From: an uncultured Alphaproteobacteria bacterium
GTDB lineage: Bacteria; Pseudomonadota; Alphaproteobacteria; Rhizobiales; Xanthobacteraceae
Length of the DNA: 64,000 nucleotides
Reading direction: 5' to 3'
Assembly (NCBI GenBank): GCA_963833665.1
Contig: CAWHZA010000062.1
Location: 5,782-69,781, forward strand
This document shows, in pieces, positions 1 to 9,829 of this stretch. Below the pieces are notes generated by a model, which was not told the origin of the DNA, searched no databases, and saw only the letters and a list, made by a program, of their open reading frames with translations. Every line of letters starts with the position of its first letter. The first letter of the stretch is position 1. A program made the translations under genes and the position numbers.

Positions 1-217
1 TGAGCCCAGCACCTGCTGCGTTTCCGCCGACTGCACCGGCTATCAGTTGGATGATGATATTAATGATCGTGGCTGACATAGCTTACCCCCCTTCGCTTGT
101 AAGGCCGTGGCCACGGATGACCAAGCTACATCCGTTCCGTGGACGTGGGGAGGGGCGCATCTCCTGTGGATAATATGGAGGACAAGAAGTCTAAGGCGAC
201 GATTATGCGCCTGTAGT

Positions 218-583
218 TTATCGTGAAATCGTCGAGTGACTAACGTTGTAGCTCCGACCGATTTCGGCCGGCGGTTCTCCCGCCACCCGTCTCGAGATGG
301 CCTCCGCGCGCTGATGGAGTGTGGGCTTGAGCTTCCTCCCAAATCGGACCCCTCTGGCCTTCGCTCTCCTCCGTCCTTCATCGGTCCTGGCTCGGATCAA
401 CTCCCTTTCGAATTCGGCAAGGCCACCAAGGACGGTCGACACTAATCGGCCATGTGGGGTTGTTGTATCCGCCCAATGGTCTGCGAGTGAGCGGAAGCCC
501 GCCCCGGCCTTCCCAACTGCGTCCATGACGTTCAGCAAGTCCCTGGTTGACCGCGCAAATTCTGTGAGAAATCGATCAACCAT
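218..583 (-). pseudogene. serine recombinase (resolvase/invertase) fragment lacking the N-terminal catalytic region
   Basis: Translation ...GAGFRSLADHWADTTTPHGRLVSTVLGGLAEFERELIRARTDEGRRRAKARG...SYNVSHSTISR matches the conserved core and C-terminal HTH of small serine recombinases. About 60-70 N-terminal residues (catalytic Ser region) are not encoded upstream. Confidence 0.75.
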
Positions 584-1152
584 ATGCTTCCCAGGCCCAC
601 TGCGGTTAGGGCATCAGTCTTGCTGCGACTGCGACAGCGGTCACAAAGACGATGAGGAACTTGAGGGCCAAGGCGTACGAACAATATGGCGGCAACGACG
701 CAGATGCCGAAGACGTAAATGAAAGCCAGCGACGACCACGACGACGCTCGCTGCCAGCATGAGCATTTCGGGGAAATACAGCTTCAACATGGGTACCCTC
801 ATAGTACCCGACACCGATGGACAGTCTGAGCGGGAACCACGACGCGATTATGAACCTGGAACCCAGGCGCGCGGCTGCTAAGCGTCAACCGCATGACCTC
901 TGAGGGCCCCTAGCGTGGCCGGAGTTGCCGCTCAGGACATCCAAGCACCGGCTCAAACGGCACGGCGGGCTGTCGCAAGAACTGCCAGACGTGACGCAGC
1001 CGCCAAGGTTCGACACTCTGCTTGCCTCTTAAAGGATTGCGCCCATCGGCCATGCAGCGAACTACGACCTATCAGTTTGAGGCTAGACAGCGCTCCCAGA
1101 TACCCCCTAAGTTTCCCCTTTGGGGCGCATCCGCACCGATGGGGAGGGGCAG

Positions 1153-1770
1153 ATGTGGAAGCAGGCGGGCGTTGGCGAGCGTGTCCTTGTGGTTCCCGTA
1201 GCCTGTGCGGTGGTCTTGCTTACGATCACCGCTGCCACGGCGGACCCGAAGGCGATTGTCGTACTCTCTAGCTTGCATAATTTAGACTATGCCGAAGCGG
1301 CGTGCAGTCGCCTGCGTAGCATAGCCGACATAAAAGACATTACCGAGGTCCTGAACAACGCATCCGACTACGACCCGGAGGATGTCAAATTCAACAAGCA
1401 AGAGTTCGACGGGATTTCGGAATGCAAATCAGTGAAGGACCCGCGCGAACTCGGGCGGCGTCTCGAAGACAGCATCATGGACCAGTTTGCTGTGAACACG
1501 CGCTGTGGGGGCGTGGCACCTTACATCGAAGGTTACGACAAATTTGACGGCAAATTTAACGCGGTGGCGATGCAAGCTGAGGAGCGGAATGACTATTGGG
1601 GGCTGATGGTCGACTACGCCCCGGGAAGCAAAGTCTATAGCTGGGCGCTGTTCCCGACGGCGCGCAGTGGGCGACCAAATGGTCGGATGATCTCCGGTGA
1701 GGGCGCCGCTTCTCAGATCGCAGAGCAAGTCTGCATCGTTGTTACAGGGCGAGGCGCTAGTGTGCGCTGA
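1153..1770 (+). CDS. hypothetical exported protein
   Basis: ATG at 1153 preceded by GGGGAGGGG. N-terminus MWKQAGVGERVLVVPVACAVVLLTITAATA looks like a signal peptide. No family recognised. Confidence 0.5.
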   Translation: MWKQAGVGERVLVVPVACAVVLLTITAATADPKAIVVLSSLHNLDYAEAACSRLRSIADIKDITEVLNNASDYDPEDVKFNKQEFDGISECKSVKDPRELGRRLEDSIMDQFAVNTRCGGVAPYIEGYDKFDGKFNAVAMQAEERNDYWGLMVDYAPGSKVYSWALFPTARSGRPNGRMISGEGAASQIAEQVCIVVTGRGASVR

Positions 1771-3645
1771 TACAAGCGTTTTTCAGAAGCTCGCATTGCT
1801 GATGTCAGCCGAGCCTACGGCAAAGGCTTTTACTCGCCTTTATTGAAACCTCTCGGAAATGAACCACCCCGGTGTCATGCATCCGGGCGCTGTGAGGCGT
1901 ATGCCCAAGGCTCTAAGGGCGAAGACAAACCATCCAGGGAGGGACGCTACCTGGCGCGGCACCGTTTTCAAACTTACTCACCGCGATCCTCGGTTTGAGC
2001 AATTGGCGACCTTGTGAATCCCGGAGGTCTCGCGCAAATGTTTGCCCGTCGGCGGTTGACATTTCGCATCCCAGCCTGAGTCGAGGGTCCACTGCCAACT
2101 GGATAGATAGTATTTAACGCCGCAGGTCCGACACCGACACGAAAGCTCGGGGCGCCGATCTGCATCTAGGGAGAATTTCCACTCCCACCGGCAACCGTTG
2201 TCGTCCGTTGCACGCTTCTGTTCGTCGATCGGTTGCTGCCAATATTGAGGTTCACGAGGTTCTGATATGGCATGCCGCCGGCGCATTAATGGAGTTCCGA
2301 TCTGCGGCTGGTGATGCAACGACTCATACCCAAGCCTAGCTTGGGGTCTTTTTTTGCGGCAAGGGGCATTTTCGGGGACAACCAACAATTTCTGACGAGT
2401 GTTGCCGTGAGGAAACACTCCTACCCAATTACCCGTTGTGCTGAAGCTGATCACCCCGCGACTTCCCTCAAAAACAGACGTTTACTCCTTCTTCTCTTTC
2501 AACGTCGAGGTCATGCGGGCGTCGGTGCCACGACGATGGCCAGATCGAGGCTGTCTTCGCGCGGCTTGCCAAGCCGGTGACTGCGCCAGGGAGGTGCGTG
2601 GGTGAGCCAGTTCAGCGCCGTGTCTGAAGGAGTGCGGAGGGCAATCTCAAGCTCCCCACAGCGTGTCATTTGTTTTGCGCCTCTCCTGGAAGGCCATCTC
2701 TCTTAAAGCCACTGTCCGGGGCTTTCTACCGGTGCGGCCTTCGCGGACTGGCTTCCGCCGATCTTTTTGACGAGCGACTAGACTAAGGTAGCGGCGTCAC
2801 TCCAGGTGCGCGTGATTTCTTGGCTCTTAGAGAGTACATCCGGCTTCAGTACATTTACTCACAACGCTGTTAAGTATGAGTTGATGGTATTTTAATTTCT
2901 CTATGAACCCCCAAGCCGCAAGATCAAGGTAGTAGATCACTCGCAATTCGTCTGCGTTGTCCGCCATATTAGCAGCGACTCCCCCCGCGTACCTGCCGTA
3001 TGCAAATCGGCATGAACTGCGTCGAATTTAAAAGCCAACTCGATCAGGCAATCCGGCGAGTGCGCCACAGGTTATTTTGGTTATGAGTTCATAAGGATCG
3101 TCTCCAATGGAAAGCATTTTCAGATCGGGATCGTGGAAAGCCCTGATAATCAGCAATTGTCAGGACGCTGGCAACTGCTGATGCCCGAGGAAAGAGCAGC
3201 GAAGCCAAAAGAAACGAGGGCACGAAGGTAGCGCATGATGGGCTCCCGTGCGGGGGTTGCAGGCACAAATAGGGCTACTGGTCACTACTCATAGGCGCAT
3301 CCAAGAACACAATCGTGGAAACGCAATTCGTCCGCGAGCCGTTGATGCGTCTTTCGAAGAAAGTCGTTGCGGCGCTCAGCAGCCAAGATGTGCAGCAAAC
3401 AATCTGGCTCCCGCGATTTGTGCATCTTGTGTTCACGCGAAGACCCCGGCACCTGACGACCTGCTGGCGCGGATGGCTCGCCGTGGAGCCACTCTGGCAA
3501 CGATGTCGTCGCGCTTGATCGATCATACCGTCCAAGGTCGCGGGCCATGCGCCGCTCATTTATCGTCGCGCGGTCTGCGAGGTTGGCCGCCCCGAGAAAG
3601 CCACGAACGTGTTTAATTTTGGATTCACTGTCGGGGGGTTGGGGA

Positions 3646-5172
3646 ATGGCGCGACTTGTGGTCGTTTCAAATCGCGTTTCCATTCCTGGCGACGGCATCA
3701 AGCGGGCTGGCGGGCTCGAAGTCGTATTGCGGCCAGCGCTCCAGCACAAGGGCGGGGTCTGGTTCGGCTGGAGTGGCAAGGTCGCGCCGGCGGACGAGCT
3801 GGAAGCGCGCTCGGTCCAGCATAAGAACGTCGAATATGCAGTCACGGATCTGTCCAAGGAGGATTTTGAGGAATATTACAGCGGCTTTGCAAATCGGCTA
3901 TTGTGGCCAATCTTGCATTACCGGCTGGACCTCGCTGGGTTCGCGCCCAGGGATCTCAGCGGATATTTCAGGGTCAATGATCGTTTCGCGACCAAGCTCG
4001 AGAAAATCATCCAGAGCGATGATCTGATCTGGGTCCATGACTACCACATGATCCCCATTGCGGACGCGTTGCGCCGCCGTGGTCACTGCAACCGGATCGG
4101 GTTTTTCCTGCACGTTCCGTTTCCCCCGCCGGAGGTTCTGACCTGGCTGCCGAACCATGAGCACCTCATCCCGTTGCTCATGCAATACGACGTTGTGGGT
4201 TTCCAGACCGAGGGCGATGCCCAGAATTTCATTCGCTATATGATCTCCCAATGCAACCACACGCGGGACATGCGGGTATTCCAGGCCGCCGGCCGCCAGG
4301 TCACCCTGAGCGTGAAAGGTCAGCAGACGCTGATTGGCGATTTTCCTGTTGGTATCGAGCCGCGCGCATTTGCGCGACTGGCGCGCCGCAATGTGCGGTC
4401 GCCATTGGTCAAGAACCTGGTGGCGAGCCTCGGTGGCCGCGACCTCGTGATCGGGGTTGATCGCCTAGACTATTCCAAGGGGCTGATCCAGCGGCTCGAG
4501 GCTTTCGACATCTTCCTAGCGCACCACTGCGAGTGGCTCGGCAAAGTGACGTACTTGCAGATCACACCGACAAACCGCTCCGAAATTCCCGAATATTCCG
4601 AACTGGAAGAGGCGTTGGGGTCTGCGGCCGGCCGCATCAATGGAAAGTACGGCGAGGTGTCATGGACGCCGATCCGCTACCTGAACCGCGCATACAACCG
4701 GTCGGTGCTCGCGGGACTTTATCGGACGGCGCGCGTCGGCCTGGTGACACCATTGCGCGACGGAATGAATCTCGTTGCGAAAGAATATGTCGCTGCTCAG
4801 GATCCGGACGATCCGGGTGTCCTCATCCTGTCCCGCTTCGCCGGCGCCGCGATCAACCTTCGCCACGCCCTGCTGGTCAATCCCTGTGATGCGGAATCGG
4901 TCGCCGGCGCGCTCGCAAGGGCGCTCGCAATGCCGCTTAAGGAAAGACGCGCCCGCCACGAGGCGTTGTTCGCCGCGGTCTGCGAACACGACGTCGATCG
5001 ATGGCAACGAGAATTCCTAGCCGTCCTACGAGGCGACAACCGTCGAGATTATAATCCTGTATGCAATACGCTGGCAGGACACGCTGCGACTATTCCAACA
5101 GCAGCACATATCCAAGCAAAGGATGAAAAGACGCTCAGCAGTGCGGCAGAAATGCCACGGTTCGCGAGTTGA
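3646..5172 (+). CDS. otsA: alpha,alpha-trehalose-phosphate synthase (UDP-forming)
   Basis: From MARLVVVSNRV the protein is colinear with OtsA (GGL..., WFGWSG, LWPILHYRLD, IWVHDYHMIP, VDRLDYSKGL, TPLRDGMNLVAKEY, ILSRFAGAA). The internal ATG at 3646 follows a G-rich SD. About 45 extra C-terminal residues. Confidence 0.9.
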   Translation: MARLVVVSNRVSIPGDGIKRAGGLEVVLRPALQHKGGVWFGWSGKVAPADELEARSVQHKNVEYAVTDLSKEDFEEYYSGFANRLLWPILHYRLDLAGFAPRDLSGYFRVNDRFATKLEKIIQSDDLIWVHDYHMIPIADALRRRGHCNRIGFFLHVPFPPPEVLTWLPNHEHLIPLLMQYDVVGFQTEGDAQNFIRYMISQCNHTRDMRVFQAAGRQVTLSVKGQQTLIGDFPVGIEPRAFARLARRNVRSPLVKNLVASLGGRDLVIGVDRLDYSKGLIQRLEAFDIFLAHHCEWLGKVTYLQITPTNRSEIPEYSELEEALGSAAGRINGKYGEVSWTPIRYLNRAYNRSVLAGLYRTARVGLVTPLRDGMNLVAKEYVAAQDPDDPGVLILSRFAGAAINLRHALLVNPCDAESVAGALARALAMPLKERRARHEALFAAVCEHDVDRWQREFLAVLRGDNRRDYNPVCNTLAGHAATIPTAAHIQAKDEKTLSSAAEMPRFAS

Positions 5173-5288
5173 AACCACTGAGATACCCCAATCTCCCGGT
5201 AGTTGACGATTTGCATTGTAATTCATTGCGCTGCAATCCGCGCGCTAAACCGCACGTTTTGATATCACCCCAAGACCGCCTTTGAGAC

Positions 5289-6515
5289 ATGGCCGCAACT
5301 GACCCACCGCCGTCTCGTAGCGGCTTGCGCAGCCTCGACGCTGTCAACTTATTTCTCGCCGGAGCATTGTCGGGCTTCGGACCGTACATCGCCGTATTTC
5401 TAGCTGAGCAGAAATGGACCCAACAGAACATTGGCTTTGTGCTGACGGCAGGCGGGCTCGCCGGATTACTGAGTCAGCTACCCAGTGGTGAATTGCTTGA
5501 CGCCATCCGGTCGAAGCGAGTTGTGGTCGCGTCGGGTGCAATTATGGTTGCGACCAGCGCGCTGATTATAGCACTTTGCCCGAGTTTCCCCCTAGTGTTG
5601 GCCGCTCTGGTGCTCCAATCAATCACCGGCGGGTTCCTGGGACTGGCGATTGCCTCCATCAGCCTCGGCCTGGTCGGGCACGCCGCGCTTGGGAAGCGAC
5701 TCGGACGCAATCAGCGCTTCGCCTCAATGGGAGGCGTTATCGCGGCCGGCTTCATGGGCGTTATCGGCTATTTTCTTTCATATCGTGCGATTTTCTTCGC
5801 CGCTGCCGCGCTGGTCCTGCCGCTGCTCGCTGCTCTCGGCCGCATCAAGCTTTCAGGAATCGATTATGGTCGAGTCTCCGGCTCCCTGGGAGGGCTGAGC
5901 ACGAGAGCACGGCGCTCTAGCCTTTGGAAGAACCGCGACTTGCTTACGTTCGCAGGTTGCGAGTTTTTGTTTCAGCTGGGCAATGCGTCGATGCTGCCAC
6001 TTGCCGGAGAGGCGCTGGTGTACAGCAAGGAGGCCTTTTCTTCGCTCATCGTCTCAGCGTTGATCATTGTCCCCCAGGTGGTCGTGGCGCTGATGGCATC
6101 ATCGGCGGGCCGCCGTGCGAATACTTGGGGGCGCCGACCCCTTCTGCTCGTCGGATTCGCGGCCTTACCACTCCGCGCTCTGGTGTTTGCCTGGACTACC
6201 AATCCGATGGTTCTCATCGCTGCTCAGATCCTCGACGGTGTCAGTGGAACGATGTTGGGCGTGCTCACGGCCTTGATCGTTGCTGACCTCACAACGGGCA
6301 CTGGGCGGTTCAGCTTAGCGCAGGGCTTCGTCGGGACGATGTCCGGAATCGGCGCATCGCTTAGCACTACACTAACTGGCCTCGTTGCCGGAAGCTTTGG
6401 CCGCGCGCCTGGATTTCTGAGCATCGCAACCGTTGCCCTGGCCGCAGTGCTTCTCCTATGGTTCCGGATGCCAGAAACCAATCCGTCGAATAGGAACGAC
6501 GCAATGTTTGGCTAG
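5289..6515 (+). CDS. MFS transporter
   Basis: 408-aa ORF with about 12 hydrophobic segments and MFS-like loop motifs. Lies directly downstream of otsA. Confidence 0.8.
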   Translation: MAATDPPPSRSGLRSLDAVNLFLAGALSGFGPYIAVFLAEQKWTQQNIGFVLTAGGLAGLLSQLPSGELLDAIRSKRVVVASGAIMVATSALIIALCPSFPLVLAALVLQSITGGFLGLAIASISLGLVGHAALGKRLGRNQRFASMGGVIAAGFMGVIGYFLSYRAIFFAAAALVLPLLAALGRIKLSGIDYGRVSGSLGGLSTRARRSSLWKNRDLLTFAGCEFLFQLGNASMLPLAGEALVYSKEAFSSLIVSALIIVPQVVVALMASSAGRRANTWGRRPLLLVGFAALPLRALVFAWTTNPMVLIAAQILDGVSGTMLGVLTALIVADLTTGTGRFSLAQGFVGTMSGIGASLSTTLTGLVAGSFGRAPGFLSIATVALAAVLLLWFRMPETNPSNRNDAMFG

Positions 6516-6796
6516 CAATTGGCCAGTCGGGCGCTTCCATGGTTCGAATCATTTGCCGACCAAGATCGGATGACTAGACTTGAAGCTCTCGGACTTCAGC
6601 ATCAACTCGATCGATTGCGCCGTGGCGCCGTGGCGCTATCGTCTTCGATTAGCAATACGCGTATGCCAAGTTCCCTTCCCCGCCGCGCGGCTTAACGTCG
6701 GCACGCGGCGGCCTGGAAACGCCCTTTGAACAAGCTGGGACGCAATGATTAACGTGCCGGGTAAATACAGCGTTAAGCTATGACGGCCGGTAGGAA

Positions 6797-7175
6797 GAGC
6801 CCCGAGCAATCTACACACCTCGGGGCTCACTGAGTTGTTGCCTCAACTCGTAGGCTTCTTCTGTCCGGGCGTCGGGGGATGTCGAGGGGGTGCCGTCCGG
6901 ACGGGGCCTGCTAAGAACCGATATAAGGTGCTGTTTCGGTGACGTGAGAATTTTCCGGCTGGTTCCCGCCGGACCGTTTGCCGCGGGGCATCGTTTCTTT
7001 TCAAACGAACTAGGACGATGGACGGAACTCCGGACGGACACACACCCTTTTATAGGGTGTGTGTCCGTCCGTCCGTCCGCTTTAGTCCTCCCCCCTGGGG
7101 CGCTAACTTTCCTTTCGTCCGTCCGCGTCCGTCCGTCCAACTTCAAATAGGTCCTTCGGGCCGGCGCTTTTTTCC
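6797..7175. repeat. non-coding structured region with perfect hairpins, a palindrome and GTCC/GGAC unit runs
   Basis: Contains:
- a 10-bp perfect hairpin gagccccgag/ctcggggctc (6797-6828)
- a 12-bp palindrome ccgtccggacgg (6893-6904)
- a perfect 17-bp stem with 5-nt loop (7032-7070)
- GTCC-unit runs (about 7063-7079 and 7116-7138)
- a weak hairpin plus T6 (7150-7173)

ORFs here translate to low-complexity R/P/G/T strings. Confidence 0.6.
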
Positions 7176-7370
7176 ACTGACCAATCCGGCCGCCCGTGCC
7201 GTCCAAGGGTGCCATCACTTAAGCGCAGTTTTTGCCATGCGGCGTTAAAAAACAAAATTCGTGACAGGAATCACAGAAGATTGCCGCTGGGCACAGTAAC
7301 CTTTGCGAAGTTCATCGGCCAGCTTACCGCCGGATTGCTTTCCTTGCTGGGCATCAAAGGTACCACGGAC

Positions 7371-7631
7371 ATGAAGAAGGTATTTTCGAAGGTTGTCCAC
7401 GTGGTAAGTGTGATCAAGGGCGACCAGTCAGAATTCTGGGCAGCTGCTACACCCCGTGGAGTGGCGGCTGGCCAAGTGCAGCAAGCACTCCCGCCTGGAT
7501 GGATGGCGATCTCAAGAGGTTGGCGGCTCAATCGCAAAACCGCGGAAGAATTGAAAATGTGCCCTAATACCGTGCGGAGATTAACAAGATGCCCTCGACT
7601 CGAGCGAGGGCGAATTGTGGCTGCGCCGTAG
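7371..7631 (+). CDS. small conserved hypothetical protein
   Basis: 86-aa ORF from the ATG at 7371 (MKKVFSKVVHVVSVIKGDQSEFWAAATPRG...LKMCPNTVRRL). It resembles small proteins I recall from Bradyrhizobium-type genomes. No function known. Confidence 0.4.
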   Translation: MKKVFSKVVHVVSVIKGDQSEFWAAATPRGVAAGQVQQALPPGWMAISRGWRLNRKTAEELKMCPNTVRRLTRCPRLERGRIVAAP

Positions 7632-7657
7632 TTTCAACCGTTTAGGGAGCAGGAGAC

Positions 7658-8008
7658 ATGACTTTGCTGCGACCTGCTTTCGCGATCCTGTTGCCGCTAT
7701 TCGGTTCGATGGCACATGCGGGCCCGCAATCAGTCCCACGTGCTTATCAGGCTGATTTTTACCTGCCGGGCTGCAAGGATTTTCTTGCTGGGAGATCCAA
7801 TTTCCTAAGCGGGCGTTGTGTTGGAGCCGTGGAGGTTCTTGATGATTTAGGTTCGGGTACCAAGTTGTTTTGTCCTCCAGAAGCCACCAACAACCTTGAT
7901 CGGGTGCGCGTTATTGCCGCTTACATTGAAGCTCGACCCGAGAGAATGAAGGACGGATTTGGGCTTATGGCAAATGAAGCGATGGCAAAAGCCTGGCCCT
8001 GCAAATGA
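7658..8008 (+). CDS. Rap1a/Tai4-like periplasmic protein (putative immunity-type fold)
   Basis: Signal peptide MTLLRPAFAILLPLFGSMAHA. Pattern C-x-G-x(n)-FCPPE...VRVIAAYIEARPERMKD...AMAKAWPC fits the Cys-framed Rap1a/Tai4 family pattern as I remember it. Confidence 0.5.
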   Translation: MTLLRPAFAILLPLFGSMAHAGPQSVPRAYQADFYLPGCKDFLAGRSNFLSGRCVGAVEVLDDLGSGTKLFCPPEATNNLDRVRVIAAYIEARPERMKDGFGLMANEAMAKAWPCK

Positions 8009-8048
8009 GGTAGCGCAGGTATTCTTAGCCTATCTCTGGCCTCTAGGG

Positions 8049-8579
8049 TCAGTGCATCGCGGCAATACTGTAACTGCCCTCGAAGGTGAGATAGCTGACG
8101 ATGGTTCCTTCAGCCAGCGGCCGGAATGTTCCGGCATAGTCCACATACGTTCCAGCACCGCGGATCCCGGCGTATTTTCCCGTGCCACCTGTCCAGCTGA
8201 ACGTTCCGCCGACAACCTTCTGATCAGGCGTGTGCTCCTCCGACTCCCAATTGAATACGACCTGGTCTCCTGCTGGATCGTTGCCGGCGCAGAATCCCCG
8301 CGCTTGTCCTAGGCCGTTGATGAAGTCGGCCAAGCCTGAACAATGCCACGTCATGTGGTCGAGAGGCCCGTTCGTGACGCTCAACCCATTTTCGTCAAAG
8401 GCGAGCACCAATCGCTCTTTGCCCGTCGTCGTTGTTTCGACCGTGCCGAAGGCGGCTAACGTTCCGCTTAACGTTCCTTCATTCATCTGCGCCGATGCGG
8501 GTCCCGCTTGCGCCAACATAAGCGCGATAGCGACACCGAATAGGAACACCCTTTGGGGTCCCAGAACGCTTGTCTTCAT
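8049..8579 (-). CDS. hypothetical exported protein
   Basis: MKTSVLGPQRVFLFGVAIALMLAQAGPASAQ signal peptide. Lies directly downstream of the FecR-like gene on the same strand. No family recognised. Confidence 0.5.
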   Translation of the reverse strand: MKTSVLGPQRVFLFGVAIALMLAQAGPASAQMNEGTLSGTLAAFGTVETTTTGKERLVLAFDENGLSVTNGPLDHMTWHCSGLADFINGLGQARGFCAGNDPAGDQVVFNWESEEHTPDQKVVGGTFSWTGGTGKYAGIRGAGTYVDYAGTFRPLAEGTIVSYLTFEGSYSIAAMH

Positions 8580-8632
8580 ATTCGCCCTCCGTGACATGCC
8601 CGACTACTGCTGTGAGTAAGTGCAGCAACGGC

Positions 8633-9052
8633 TCAGCCGCGTATGCCGAGCGTGCCGTACGGCGTCTTTACCTGGTAGGAGCCTTTACTCTGCGAGCCCG
8701 TGACAAACCGAAATGAGCCTCGGGTTGCTTCTACCGCGACGCCACCAGCAGATTTGTTGGGGTCATAAACGAATTTGTCGAGCCGTACGCTCGATTTTGG
8801 GCCCACACTGAGATTACTGTTGTCGTGAAATCGCAAATCCGCCACGCCAGCATCCCCCGTGTGAATCAGTTCCTTTGAATAGACGGCACTACCACCCGAA
8901 AGCGTCCTTGCATTGGCCTCCGCTTGTGGTTTCACCGATGTGGCACTGCCGATGGCTTCTTGGCCGCGCGAGGTAGCTGACTGCAGCAGCGCAAACAACC
9001 CCACCAGCAGAAGCGCCGAGGTCGTCTTGCGAAGAGTCATCGTCGTCATCAC
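8633..9052 (-). CDS. FecR-domain protein (short, ends inside the domain)
   Basis: Signal peptide followed by ...IHTGDAGVADLRFHDNSNLSVGPKSSVRLDKFVYD...GSFRFVTG...VKTPYGTLGIRG, which matches the FecR domain pattern. The stop falls right after GIRG, where family members continue. Confidence 0.6.
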   Translation of the reverse strand: MMTTMTLRKTTSALLLVGLFALLQSATSRGQEAIGSATSVKPQAEANARTLSGGSAVYSKELIHTGDAGVADLRFHDNSNLSVGPKSSVRLDKFVYDPNKSAGGVAVEATRGSFRFVTGSQSKGSYQVKTPYGTLGIRG

Positions 9053-9414
9053 AACCTCCCGCTTTTAAAAGACCACCATCATCCACGAACCGCACGGCTC
9101 GTATCACCAATCTTCGGGAGGGGAATGTGACACCCGGCACATGATGGCGTTTTGCAATTTGTGCTGCAGATCACATTCCAAACAACGTCAAAAGTCCGCC
9201 ATCGGCGATGCCACCGACGGCGATGCTTCTTAGACCATCTACGGCGTTCCGGTGTGTTAATATAGGAGAAACCCTGAGTTGCAGCACAAAGTCGTTTCCG
9301 AAGCCCCCTTCATCATTTGCGTCCGCACGCAGCTCAGTCCCATCCTGGCCGGCATTGGTTTGTCCGATCGTGATGTCATCACCGGTGTTGTTTGCAGCCA
9401 TGGCTGACCTCCTT

Positions 9415-9606
9415 CTAAAGATTCGCCCGAGCCACCAAGGCCCGCCAGCGAAATTCGATCACAACGCTCTGCCCCTCGATGTAACCGGTATCGGCTATTG
9501 CTCGGCGGAACGCGCTCAAACGGCCTGCGAACCTGTCAGGCGACATTTGCTGCTGAGGAACCCAACCACCGGCATCGTTTGCTGCGCACGTGCGGCCAGC
9601 GGCCAT
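9415..9606 (-). pseudogene. fragment of an ABC-transporter substrate-binding protein (ABC_sub_bind type)
   Basis: FRRAIADTGYIEGQSVVIEFRW matches the conserved N-terminal region of this paralogous family. No complete gene is present. Confidence 0.4.
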
Positions 9607-9748
9607 GCTGCCGTGCCACCGACAAGGGTGATGGACTCGCGCCGTCTCTCAGGCTCGCTCTGTTCGGCCGAAAGACTACTACATCGCGCACTGGCTGTCT
9701 CGGAGCTGGATCACCCCAAGAAACGACGCGCTGCAATGCTTCCGTCTC

Positions 9749-9824
9749 GGCCCTAAACGTCTCTTGTGGGTCACTCAGCGACATGGCAGCGAGTCCGCGC
9801 CACTTCCGCTCTTCCCCCTCAGAG
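9749..9824 (-). repeat. REP-like repeat, copy C (truncated, inverted relative to copies A and B)
   Basis: The reverse complement reads ctgagggggaagagcggaagtggcgcggactcgctgccatgtcgctgagtgacccacaagagacg. This is near-identical to 56590-56656 and 22884-22946. The half corresponding to ctaaactgacgtgccaatcgcg is missing on the side facing the IS110 element. Confidence 0.8.
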
Positions 9825-9829
9825 ATGGG

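Noticed and set aside
590-790. Small two-TM ORF (MLKLYFPEMLMLAASVVVVVAGF...) on the minus strand
   Set aside because: It gives a membrane-protein-like sequence only if two frameshifts are assumed, and there is no family support.
2830-3240. Possible minus-strand lipoprotein gene (MRYLRALVSFGFAALSSGISSC...) in a lower-GC stretch
   Set aside because: The frame closes after 27 codons. Continuing requires at least three frame changes and no family is recognised, so it is too speculative to list as a feature.
3285-3857. 190-aa minus-strand ORF overlapping the otsA start
   Set aside because: It is antisense to the strongly supported otsA N-terminus for half its length and has no motifs.
6528-6568. 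ggttcgaatc, which looks like a tRNA T-loop, followed by ...gccgacca
   Set aside because: The flanking bases do not form a T-stem or an acceptor stem, so no cloverleaf can be drawn.
6925-6990. ggtgctgtttcgg... which superficially recalled the SRP (4.5S) RNA
   Set aside because: The conserved domain IV motif and the long helix of SRP RNA are absent.
7060-7140. Repeated GTCC units considered as a possible CRISPR or tandem array
   Set aside because: The units are 4 nt long and irregular, with no repeat-spacer periodicity. No CRISPR-like array was seen anywhere in the window.
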